Assembly: GCA_964019335.1 (NCBI GenBank)
Contig: OZ025746.1
Coordinates: 124,001 to 188,000, forward strand
Direction of reading: 5' to 3'
DNA from: Diplonema japonicum
Lineage: Eukaryota; Protista; Euglenozoa: Diplonemea
DNA: 64,000 nt
The position numbers and the translations under genes are program-made. How positions within the stretch are numbered: position 1 is the stretch's first letter; every line of letters starts with the position of its first letter. Positions 1 through 9,919 of the stretch are shown piece by piece. A model generated the notes under the pieces. It worked only from the letters and a program-made list of their open reading frames with translations, had not been told where the DNA came from and searched no databases.

Positions 1-1540
1 CCCTGTTCTCCCCGATGGCGTTGGTGCCCTTCACGATGTCGGTGAACATCTTGGGGTTCTGGTAGAAGAGGGGGTTGGCGTAACCGAGGGTCTTCCCGCT
101 CTCGGCGATGCAGGCCTCGTTCAGGAGGGTCACGAGACCGGCGAAGGAGGGGGAGCTGCAGGAGGTCCCGCCGACGGCGATGGCGCTGCCGCCCTCCACA
201 ACGGTGAAGGACTCTCCGAGAGTCGACACGTCGGGGGAACCCCTCCCGGTGGCGTACTTCGCGTTCGGCTTCTTCACGTTGGAGAGGTAGCTCTGCACCT
301 GCTGGGCCTGGAAGCTGGGGACCGGGAAGTCGTACGAGAAGCCACCGCCCGACCCGAACTGGGTGGTCGCCTGCTGCTCACCGGTGGTTCCCTCGAGCCA
401 GTAGGTGGACCCCACAGCGATGCAGGTGGGGATGGAGGCGGGGAAGGAAGGGGAGAGCTTCCCACCGTTGCTGCCCTGCCTGGTCTCGCCACCACTGCCG
501 TCGTCACCAGAGGAGATCATGACGGTGATCCCCATGGTCCCCATCTTCTGGATGTCGTCGGAGAGACGGGTCGTGATGGTCTTCGAGCAGTAGTCGATCT
601 TCTGGCTCCCGTAGCTGATGCTGATGCTGTACGGGAAGGTCGACTCGCCGGTCACGTCCGACCCGAAGGTACCGAGGTCCGCGCAGAAGTCGAAGTTGGG
701 GTAGGAGTACACCCAGGTCTCGGCGGTGTTGCTGAGGGACATGATGTACTCGGTGTCGAGCATGGACTCGATCCCAGGCTGCTGCTCGTTCTTCCCGATG
801 TACTTGCTGATCTTGCAGTCGGAGCCCGCGTCGTACTTGGTGCAGAACTCCGCGAGGTCCTTGTCGTCCACGTACTGGCCCTGGAACTGGGCGATGGCTT
901 GGATGTTCTGCTTCCCGGTCTTGGGGACGGCTGTCACGTTGTAGGTCTTCCTGAAGACAGCGGGGTCGACCTTGCCGGCCGCCTGGAGCTTCTCCTTCAG
1001 CTTCTTGTCGACGACGATCGGGTTCAGGGGGAAGCCGTGGAAGCCGGCGAAGGTGTCGATGGCAGCGGCCACCTCGGCAGCCACGCGGACACCGCTGGTG
1101 AGACGCCAGATCTTGGCACCGCTGGTGTGCTCGTAGGTCACGAACTCACCGTTCGCCATCTTCTGCAGCTGGGCAACAGTCGCCTCGGCGTGGATGTAGT
1201 CCCCGTGGGGGTGCACCCTCGTCACCTCCACACCGTTGGAGCTGAGCCACTCCTTCACGATCCTGGTGTGCTCCGCAGAGGGCCTCACGATGTCGCCGAT
1301 CTCCTCGTACGAGGGGTACTGCAGGTAGTTCTCGCTCTGAGGGTTCGACACCTCCTCGAAGATCCTGTCCAGGGCTGCCTTGTTCGACCTCTTCACCCCC
1401 ACCGTCACGGGGAACCTCCCCTCAGCACTCACCTTCTCAGAGGTCGCCCTCCACCCGTTCGGGATCATCGAAGGCTCGTGAACCTGCACAAGGGACCCGG
1501 CGGACGCTGCCACCAGGGCCATGAAGACGGCCGATTTCAT
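1..1540 (-). CDS. Sedolisin / tripeptidyl-peptidase I-like (S53) protease, copy A; 3' end runs off the window
   Basis: ATG at 1540 (MKSAVFMALVAASAG, signal-peptide-like). Sequence matches 10036-11575 at offset 10035, which encodes the S53 motifs. Confidence 0.9.
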   Translation of the reverse strand, partial: MKSAVFMALVAASAGSLVQVHEPSMIPNGWRATSEKVSAEGRFPVTVGVKRSNKAALDRIFEEVSNPQSENYLQYPSYEEIGDIVRPSAEHTRIVKEWLSSNGVEVTRVHPHGDYIHAEATVAQLQKMANGEFVTYEHTSGAKIWRLTSGVRVAAEVAAAIDTFAGFHGFPLNPIVVDKKLKEKLQAAGKVDPAVFRKTYNVTAVPKTGKQNIQAIAQFQGQYVDDKDLAEFCTKYDAGSDCKISKYIGKNEQQPGIESMLDTEYIMSLSNTAETWVYSYPNFDFCADLGTFGSDVTGESTFPYSISISYGSQKIDYCSKTITTRLSDDIQKMGTMGITVMISSGDDGSGGETRQGSNGGKLSPSFPASIPTCIAVGSTYWLEGTTGEQQATTQFGSGGGFSYDFPVPSFQAQQVQSYLSNVKKPNAKYATGRGSPDVSTLGESFTVVEGGSAIAVGGTSCSSPSFAGLVTLLNEACIAESGKTLGYANPLFYQNPKMFTDIVKGTNAIGENR

Positions 1541-1799
1541 TTTAGTTTTTTTTCTTTTCCTTTTGAAGATTGATCGATAAAGTAGTTGATTGGGGGGCTT
1601 AAAAAGAAAAACAAGGAAAAGTGACACGATTGGCTGGCTTTAAAAGCGCAAATCTTTCACCATGCCTACCTAAAAAGAGAAATTAAAAAGAAAACCACCC
1701 AAAGAAAAAAAGAAGAAAAAGGTTTTGAGAAGTGTGTTTCTGTGAGTTTTTTTCTGCCCCAAAAAAAACCCTCGTTGCGCAACTGCACTAAAAAAAAAA

Positions 1800-2104
1800 T
1801 AATTCTTTATGACTATATGTCTTTGTTGTTTGCGGGTTTTAAAAAGCTGCGAAAGTTTTTTGCTCGGCACAAGTTGCATATAGTTATAAAATCATTTTTT
1901 GAAAGATAAATATTTGTAACAAAAAAAAAAAAGGAAAAAAAAAAAGCAGGACTTTGAACAGAGAGCCTGCTGTACATGACAGGATCGACTAGAAAAAGGA
2001 AAGAGCAAAAGAAAAAAAAAAGAAAAAAAACTTTTTTTTTTGACTACATGTCTTCGGTGTTCACGAACAAATGCTCGGCACAAGTTGCATATAGTGATAA
2101 AATC
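1800..2104. repeat. Two imperfect direct repeats in intergenic DNA
   Basis: tgactaYatgtctt...tgctcggcacaagttgcatatagtKataaaatc occurs at ~1810-1893 and ~2041-2104. Confidence 0.7.
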
Positions 2105-2150
2105 TTTTTTTTTTTTTTTTTTTCTTTTTTTTTTTTTTTTTCCCGAAAAT

Positions 2151-2313
2151 ATAAAATTTCAGTGTGCAGAGGGCACTCACTGTTCAGAAGGAAATTCATA
2201 TAGAAACATTAAAGTAGTCACTGCAAGGTGTGGGCGATTTGGCTCGAGGAGAAGAGTGGTCTCCTGTCGTAGCCATGTCCCCATATGTCGCAAGGTGTGC
2301 ACCCTCAACTTAG
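2151..2313. repeat. Dispersed element with conserved blocks, copy A
   Basis: Shares ataaaRtttcagtgtgca, gaggg, cactgttcagaa and gcaccctcRacttag with 62592-62715. Confidence 0.6.
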
Positions 2314-3131
2314 TAACTGCAGGGAAAGCAGTGCTCCCCCCGTTTGAAAAAAGAAAAAAGAAAAAAAAGAAAAGGGAAAAATTATAAAACAAAGAAAAGG
2401 ATTGAAGGGAACCTGCAGTATCTAGTGTTGATCCCTTCTGTCCTGGTAGTGCCTTAGGTCGTCGCTTGGGTGTGAAACCAACTAAGCGAGTTGTTGAGAC
2501 TGCAATGTGCCTCTAGGATAGGGTGGGTGACCTTCGGGGATGCGAAGACAGGACGAGTAGGGTATGCAAAGAGGGTACTGACTTGCCAGGTCTTAAAAAA
2601 AAAGGCCATTTAAACCAACGATCGAAAGGGGGGGGGGGGGGGAATAGAGCTCCTTTCGTCCAATTTTTTTTTTTCCTTGGAAGCACGAAGGATGTGACAG
2701 ACCATTCTGGCCCAAATGTCTGTTAATACCGCAAAAAAAAAAAAAAAAAAAAAAAAAAGGTCATGAATTTTCTTCACTCAAATATAGGCGTTTCGTTCAA
2801 AAAATAAAAAAATAAGAGGAATATGGATTTTTTTTTTTGAATTTGTTTCTCAGTATTCAAAGCTTGAACCTTATCAGTTGCAGAGAAGTAAAAAGAAAAA
2901 AAAAAAAAAAAAAAAAAAAATCAAGACAAGGAATCTGACCACTCCCGCCACTGTTTCAGTAAATAGATAATTCTGGAGAGGTAGGGCAAGGTTGCATGGT
3001 CATAAACACGAGTCGACTCAAAAAAAAAAAAAAAAAAAAAAAAATGTTTTCACGGCTGGAGAATCTTCGGCATCGAAAATCCAAACGAAAAACAACTGTG
3101 TACTTCCCCCCCTGAGTCTTTTGGTCGGGCA

Positions 3132-6100
3132 TCATATCCTGCATGACTGCATGGGGTTCTTCCCACACCTGTCATCGTTCCCCCATGGAAACTTCTCCTT
3201 CGCGAATGATGGTTTCGGCAACCCGTACTTCTCCTCAAGGATTATTTCCATCTCTGTGAAGGCTCCCTCGACCCAGCCTTGTTCCGTGCTGTAGGACTCT
3301 CCCGCCACGAATACATTGTCCCGGCAATGAGGCTGTCTAACATACGGCTGTTTGTCAGCAACAAGGAAACCAGCCTTCCATGCGTGGTACCCACCGCCGA
3401 ACGGATCGGAACCCCAGTCCATGACTGCCGCGGCGTACGGCTGTCCGATCTTTTCAGAGACTTCAATAGGCTGTAGGGTGCGGAGCTGCTCCAAGGCAGC
3501 GTCGACCATCCTCTGCGACGGGACAGGGTACTTTGGTGTTTGCTCGTGCGCGGCCTTCAGCCTCGGGTTCTTCATGATGTCGTCGGTCTCACGGTATATG
3601 AAAGGACGTTCCTCTTCATTAAAAACCTTCCAGAAGCCCACCGAGCGCATATCGTTGTAGGACGCAAGGAGCAACCCGTGGTTGTTCGTCTCATCGACAC
3701 CGAAGTAATACGTCTGCCTCAGCGGTAGGGTCGTGATGGAGTGCGGGATTTGTGTGTCTGGTTTCTGATCAGGGGTCAACCACCAAGGCTTGTCGAATAC
3801 CATAAGTAGTTTCAACGCCGGGCAGGGAATGACCGATTGCATGTTGCGAAGCCAGCGTTCATTGGCAGGGTCGTACCTCGTGAAGAACGGCATTTCTTGG
3901 TCGAGAAGCTCCAAGGAGCGGCGGGGCATCGCCAAGACAATACTCTTCGCACGGACCTTCGTTGTCTTCGGGGATTTATTGTCAACCAAGAACTCCGGTG
4001 GTGTCTTGAAGAGAAGCTCGTAGACAGGGGCGTTCTGCTTCTCACACCAGACCTTTTCAAAGGACACCAAAGCGTTGCGTGTTGTGATGGTACCGCCGTA
4101 CGACATGTACTTGTTGGCGGGGACCTTCAGAAGTGTCTCGAAACCTCCAGCGATCGTTTTGTACTTTGAGTCCGCACCGAAGTCCCCAAGCAAATAAGGG
4201 AACGTTTCAGCGGCATTGCTGTTGATGGTGGTGCTGTAGTAACCGCTGGAGTCGGAGCAGAAACTGAAGGTCTCTTCATCGGTCATCTCGAGGAGGAGGT
4301 TCCAGAACCCGATGTCGTACAGATGCTGGCCTTCATAGGGCGAGTTTGGGAAGTTGTAGGTCACCGTGCGCTTGATGTTGTCCCACACTTCGCCCTTTTG
4401 AGATGTGGTGAGACCGTTCATGTCCTCGACAGTTGTGATGATGATGAGTTCACCCTTGACTATCAACTTGTACTGGTACCCGAACTCCTTTAAGATCTCG
4501 TCCATCATCTTGACCAAGATGCTGTACATCGTCAGGTCCTTCTTTTCGCCGTCTTCGGGGAAGTATCTCAGCTTGTCGGTGGTACTCCCGTAGAACCTGC
4601 CGCCGCGTAGATAGAACAAGGTGTCCATTTCTTCCCCCATGGGAAAAATGATGGGTTGTAAGTCCCCCTCTTCCTTGAACTTCTCAGCGTACCCGTTCAC
4701 CAGTGTCTGGTGCGTCATGTAACGCATCCCGCCGAGCTCTGCTGCGACATTGATGTTTGGCATGTCGATGGACCACAGCCTTCCCCCGACACGGTCTGAC
4801 ATCTCGAAGATAGCGGACTTGGCAAAGGGGAGCTTCCCGGTCTCTGTTCCATTATGCTCCTCCGGAACCTGCATACGCATGCCTGCATACAGACCAGCAG
4901 CACCGCCGCCAATGATTGCAACATCCAATTCCTCGTCGTTTTTGATTGCTGTCTTGTGGTTCTTGTGTGACTCGAAGGTGTAGTTCCAGCTCACCTTGAA
5001 GTGGTCGTTCAACAAGCGGTGTTCCAAGGTGCCCCCTCTGTTCTCCTTACAGGTCGAGTCGTACTCGTTGAGCTCGTCGTACGGCTGGTTCTGCAGCAAC
5101 TTGTTGATCCAGATCCCGAGGGTCGGGACGAACTTCCCAGCCCACCCCGCCGTGTACAGCACAATGTCCTTGTGGTTCGGGATTGTTCCGGGAAGGGTGT
5201 CCAGGTACATCTCCTTCTTCGGGTCCAGAGGGAGTGCGATGATGCAGTACGTAGTTTCGGTCCTGTCGTCGGCATCGAGACCCGGCATGTGATCCCTCAC
5301 CCAGTCCTCCGTGTACTTTATGGTGACCGAACCGTCGCTCTCCCGCTCACTGGGGTCCGAGAGGGTGCGGTCCTGCCAGCCGGGACAGACACGGGCGTAG
5401 CCAGGCTTGTCCCATGAAGCGGACTCGGTGAAGCCGTAGTAGACCTTCTGGTCCTCGGCGGTCGGGCTGTCGGGCTCATCGAAGACATACCACGTGTTGG
5501 TGGGGACCTTCGACCTGTCCTTGATCTTGAAGTAGGTCGAGGACATCTCCCAGGTTGTGATCGGGACCTGCAAACCCCAATCCGAAAGGATGGAGCGGTT
5601 CACGTATGCCCCACCGGCGATCACAAGCTTGTTCGCTTTGAAGCTCTGCACCGTCTTGTCGAGGAGGGACGCGTGAACATGGATCCCATCCTCCTCAGTC
5701 GATGTGAAGTTCGTCACAGTGTGGTGGTCGCGAAGGCTCACGTTGGGGAAGGTCCCGAGCACCTTCACGAGAAGCTCTTGCACACCCTCCAGGTCGACAG
5801 AGCCGCCGTCCTTCTGCAAGAACCCGCTGTAAGATTCCGGGAGGTTCGCCATGTAAGGGAAGGCCTTTTCGATGGCCGAGCCGGTCTCGAGAGGGTCGAA
5901 GGGGAGCCCGGCTTCCGTCATGGCTTTCTCGGCGGCGGCCACACCTCCTTCCTCGGACACGACGGTGGAGTTTCCGAACCACAGGGAGCCCTCCTTGTAG
6001 AAGACAGGTGGGAGGCCGTGCTCTTCAGCCAGTTTGTTGAACTCCTGCCACTGAGCATCGGCGCACTGTGCCATGTTGATCATGTCGGTGTTCGTGTACT

Positions 6101-6275
6101 GAAGACGCATCTGCCTGCTCTGTCCTGCAGAAGATCCTTCCTGGTTCACGAACTTGTACTGCTCAAGCACCAGTACCTTGCGTTGCTTGCTCTCCTTCAT
6201 CACCTCGTAAGCGGCAGAAAGCCCAATTGGACCCCCGCCCACGATCACAACGTCGTACTGCTCAGGGTCATTCAT
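3132..6275 (-). CDS. Two-domain flavoenzyme, 1047 aa: N-terminal monomeric sarcosine oxidase/DAO-family domain fused to a flavin amine oxidase / L-amino-acid oxidase-family domain
   Basis: First domain: VIVGGGPIG, GSSAGQSRQMR, AGWAGKFVP. Second domain: IIGGGAAG, EMSDRVGGR, AELGGMRY, AGESYSTEQGWVEGA. Confidence 0.85.
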   Translation of the reverse strand: MNDPEQYDVVIVGGGPIGLSAAYEVMKESKQRKVLVLEQYKFVNQEGSSAGQSRQMRLQYTNTDMINMAQCADAQWQEFNKLAEEHGLPPVFYKEGSLWFGNSTVVSEEGGVAAAEKAMTEAGLPFDPLETGSAIEKAFPYMANLPESYSGFLQKDGGSVDLEGVQELLVKVLGTFPNVSLRDHHTVTNFTSTEEDGIHVHASLLDKTVQSFKANKLVIAGGAYVNRSILSDWGLQVPITTWEMSSTYFKIKDRSKVPTNTWYVFDEPDSPTAEDQKVYYGFTESASWDKPGYARVCPGWQDRTLSDPSERESDGSVTIKYTEDWVRDHMPGLDADDRTETTYCIIALPLDPKKEMYLDTLPGTIPNHKDIVLYTAGWAGKFVPTLGIWINKLLQNQPYDELNEYDSTCKENRGGTLEHRLLNDHFKVSWNYTFESHKNHKTAIKNDEELDVAIIGGGAAGLYAGMRMQVPEEHNGTETGKLPFAKSAIFEMSDRVGGRLWSIDMPNINVAAELGGMRYMTHQTLVNGYAEKFKEEGDLQPIIFPMGEEMDTLFYLRGGRFYGSTTDKLRYFPEDGEKKDLTMYSILVKMMDEILKEFGYQYKLIVKGELIIITTVEDMNGLTTSQKGEVWDNIKRTVTYNFPNSPYEGQHLYDIGFWNLLLEMTDEETFSFCSDSSGYYSTTINSNAAETFPYLLGDFGADSKYKTIAGGFETLLKVPANKYMSYGGTITTRNALVSFEKVWCEKQNAPVYELLFKTPPEFLVDNKSPKTTKVRAKSIVLAMPRRSLELLDQEMPFFTRYDPANERWLRNMQSVIPCPALKLLMVFDKPWWLTPDQKPDTQIPHSITTLPLRQTYYFGVDETNNHGLLLASYNDMRSVGFWKVFNEEERPFIYRETDDIMKNPRLKAAHEQTPKYPVPSQRMVDAALEQLRTLQPIEVSEKIGQPYAAAVMDWGSDPFGGGYHAWKAGFLVADKQPYVRQPHCRDNVFVAGESYSTEQGWVEGAFTEMEIILEEKYGLPKPSFAKEKFPWGNDDRCGKNPMQSCRI

Positions 6276-6716
6276 GGTTTTTGTTTTTTGTTGAGAGTTT
6301 TGGTTTACCTTGTTGAGTAAGAAGCTTGAAGCGAAAAAGTAAAGCGAGGTAAAAATAAAAGAAGAAAATTAGGATTGTGCCGATTGATGGGTGTGGTTTT
6401 GTTCTTCTTCTTTTGGTTTTTCTTCTCTCTTGTGATCTTTTGTTGTTTCTTTTTCTATTGTCCCCCTTTCCTTGGAAAAGTAGGAAAATATAAGAAAAAG
6501 AAAAGAATAGAGGAAATAAAATATATAAGAGTTAAAGGAGGCCGGTGTTGGTGGCGCCCTGCACAAGAACAGGGGGCGAACCGCGACCGATGTTGTAGCT
6601 CCTTCACCACGATGATCTGTGCCTTGCGATCTTTGTATAGACTAGTCGAGAAGCGTTCTTTTTCGGCCGTGAATAGTACTGCAAGGGAGATACCCATCAT
6701 ATAAGTGTAAATACAC

Positions 6717-6735
6717 CAGTTTCTGTACATTACTG
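6717..6735 (+). other. Spliced-leader-like relic
   Basis: CAGTTTCTGTACATTACTG matches the euglenozoan SL exon 3' half CAGTTTCTGTACTTTATTG at 17/19, with the first 12 exact. It is not followed by GT. Confidence 0.45.
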
Positions 6736-8917
6736 CCTGCACTTCCTCTTCAAATTAATAAATAACCTCAAATTGGCATGCAGTGAAGGACATCATTTTT
6801 GCTCCGCGTAAGAGCTGCATAGGGAATAAGGCCCTCCCGGACTGAACATTTCGTGGCAGTACTGGGCTTATCTCTCTTGTTGGATTTTTCACTCACAGGT
6901 TTTGGCATGTTGAAAATTTTCGCCGTTAGTCCGGGTTCCGTCGCCGTAGGCCTTCGGCCGCGTTGCCCGGTAGAAGAAGAAGAAATGCTGTGACTATTCA
7001 TTGTGAAAAACAAACTACTGACTTGTTGAGCGCTTTGAGAATCTCTTTTGTGAAAGGTACAAAAGCCGCGCAGTCTTGGGGAGCTCCGCCAAGCTTATGG
7101 CGGTTATACTGTTTCGCCGTTCAGAGCCGAAGTATCCTGCTATTCTCGCTACCTGGTTGACACAGGCCTCGTTCTTCGGGTACACGATGACAGGGAACCC
7201 TCAACCCCACCTGAGAATACTATCTCGGGACCAGCCCCGTCTTCTCCATCGTTGCACTGTCCATCATGTCCCTGCATAATGCATCGGACTGCGACATCAA
7301 CTTAGCTTTCGATCGCGCGTCCGCTTTTGCCACGAGGTCCTCCAGATGTGGGGCCTTGGCCCCATGTCAGGTGTAATCTGCATGCCACCTTTCGTTCTGT
7401 TGAACCACTCAAGCCAGCTCTCCCATACCCCCTTCCAGCCCATGTTCGTATTTGGGATGCACAGCTGCATCATCGATGTCCTCGATGCCATGCTGGGTCT
7501 GGCTTTGGATTATGGCATGTTAAAATACAACACGATTTCAAGACCTATCGAAAGATGGATTACTGATACGGATGTCCCATCCTCTGACCAGCAGCCAACC
7601 ACCCTCACACTCTTTTTGGAAATGCTTCAAGTTCCCCACCTTTTCTCCTGCAAAAGCCGCACACATCTTGTAACACCCTTGTTTATTAGTGCGGCACTTG
7701 GGTTTGCGGCACTTAATTCCGTATGAAGAAAGGATCATTGTATTATTATCATTTGGTCGATATGTCATGCCTTAACACGGTTATTGATATATGGTTGTAC
7801 TCATTAAAGACTAGTTTTCATTTGTGAGCAGTGTAGCGTTCCCTCTCAATGTTGCTGTTTTTTTTCTTTTGTTTTAAACAATAGATAAAATCCCAATAAC
7901 ATCGGATCAGCTACCTTTGGAACGTTCACGCTATTCTATTCCATTTTAGAGGAGATGCACTGTTCTTGCAAGCTAGTTTAGATCACATTAGTGCTTCAAG
8001 GATTGTCAGACGCTGCTCAAGTAAGATGTGCATAAAAGGCTCTTCTGTGAGGGCATGTGTCGACTCCACAGGTACTTCGTGACATGGACTGCTTTAATAT
8101 ACTAAAATAGGTCCAAAGATGGGCCGACTTCCTCCCTCAGTGTTTTCATGTACCCTTCTAATTGAGGGATTGTTGGGGCCTTCACTCCTAACTTCTCTAC
8201 CATCTCAGACCTCAGAGGCCTTCTCATACCTGGTGCGGCTCTTCACAGGTCCCCTTCCACTTCGCTATAGTTTCCTTCCTAATCGATTTCTCTTTTTTTT
8301 TCTTTATTCACCCTTTGTCATATTAAAGAATTCTTCTTGTGACAAATTCCTCAGTTTCGATGGTTTTTTTTTTTTGTTGCCGAAGGAGTCCTCTGTGAGG
8401 TCAGCGTTGGATTCAGTGTTGGGTTTGTCGTTTGCTTCCTCGTTGTCCTTTTTTTTCTTCTTCGTCCATCCAGCATGGCCTTTGCGGGTACAGGTGCTAG
8501 AGGGTATGGGGTTGCTTGGTTCCTTCTGCTGCGTGTTGTAGTCCGTTGTCGGGAGGTCGGTCTCGGGTGCGGGGTTGCCCTCGCTCCTTCCGTTGTGGGT
8601 TGTTCCTTCCCAAGGATTTGGGAAGGAGGGAGGAGGAAAGAGGGAGAAAACAAAGGGAAGGTGAAAATAGAATGACACCAATGTCCATGCAAAAGAATAT
8701 AGAGTCGGGGGAACAAGAAAAATCAAGAACAGACACCCTCAACAAAACCCCAAAAAATTTACAAAGGTGAATGGGAAACGAAGAATGAATATAATCAATA
8801 CCAAAACAATAATAATAATAACAAAAAGAAGAACACCGCCGATAGAGTTGGTACCATTCCAAAAAAAAGGGGGGGGGGAGAGGGGGTTGTGGTATGTCAT
8901 CCATATTCTGTTGTTGC

Positions 8918-9027
8918 AAAATAGTCGCAAAAAGTAAGGTCTAGGAAAGGGTTAGGAAATTGTCGCAAAAAGCCGGGTCTAGGAAATGATTGCAAAAAGT
9001 TAGGGTTGGGAAATAGTCACAAAAGTC
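8918..9027. repeat. Imperfect ~27-bp minisatellite, ~4 units
   Basis: Units resemble aaatagtcgcaaaaagt.agggt(c/t)agg, with TTAGG(G)-like segments. Confidence 0.6.
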
Positions 9028-9118
9028 TTAAGCCACACTCTCATGCAGAATACCAGTTTGCTGTATGAGCCATTACCGAAGAAGTGTGTACCCTGTCTGC
9101 CTCCCACCAAAGTCAGCA

Positions 9119-9550
9119 TGCTCTTCAGCCAGTTTGTTGAACTCCTGCCACTGAGCATCGGCGCACTGTGCCATGTTGATCATGTCGGTGTTCGTGTACT
9201 GAAGACGCATCTGCCTGCTCTGTCCTGCAGAAGATCTTTCCTGGTTCACGAACTTGTACAGTTAAAGCAACCGTTCCTTGCGTTGCTTGCTCTCCTTCAT
9301 CGTGTTTCATGGTTTTTTTTCTTTTTTTTTTTTTTTTTTTGTTGAGAGTCCTTGTTAAGTGGGTGGTAAGAAGCTTGAAGTAAAGCAAGGTAAAAATAAA
9401 AGAAGAATGTTGGGATTGTGCCGATCGATGGGTGTGGTTTTTTTTTTTTCTTCTCTCTTGTGATCTTTGTTGTTTCTTTTCTTGTTCCATTGTCCCCCTT
9501 TTCTTTTTTTGAAGAAGTAGGAAAATAAAAGAAAAAGAAAAAGAATAGAG
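9119..9550 (-). pseudogene. Decayed duplicate of the oxidase-fusion 5' end and its upstream region
   Basis: 9121-9300 is nearly identical to 6021-6200 (offset 3100). The segment encoding the first GxGxxG is deleted. 9311-9550 resembles 6276-6520. Confidence 0.85.
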
Positions 9551-9919
9551 GGGAAAAAAAAATTTATTTAAAAAAAAAAAACCACAGCACATCACGAGGA
9601 AAGAAAAAGAAAGTAAAGACGTTGGAGGGTGTGTGTTAAAGAAAATAAAAGTAAAACAAAAAAAGAACAAGGGATATAAATGTCACAACACTCTGGACGC
9701 TCTTCAAAACGGAAGAGCAACGACGAAAGGTGCTGAAGAAAGGAGATTAAGAAAGAAAAGCAAACGCGGACAAAAAGAGGGAAGGATTTTGCGAGTGAAA
9801 CATAAGGAGAAAAAAAAGGGGGGGGGGCTTGTGGTGTGTGTGCATCCTCTCTCTGTTGTTGTTGTTGTTGTTGTTGTCTCGGTTTTTCGAAAAAGAAAAA
9901 ATTGGTCGTGGTGGTGTTC

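Noticed and set aside
7022-7566. Gag-like or Zn-knuckle-like peptides on the plus strand
   Set aside because: Interrupted by a stop and the motifs are too weak to assign by eye.
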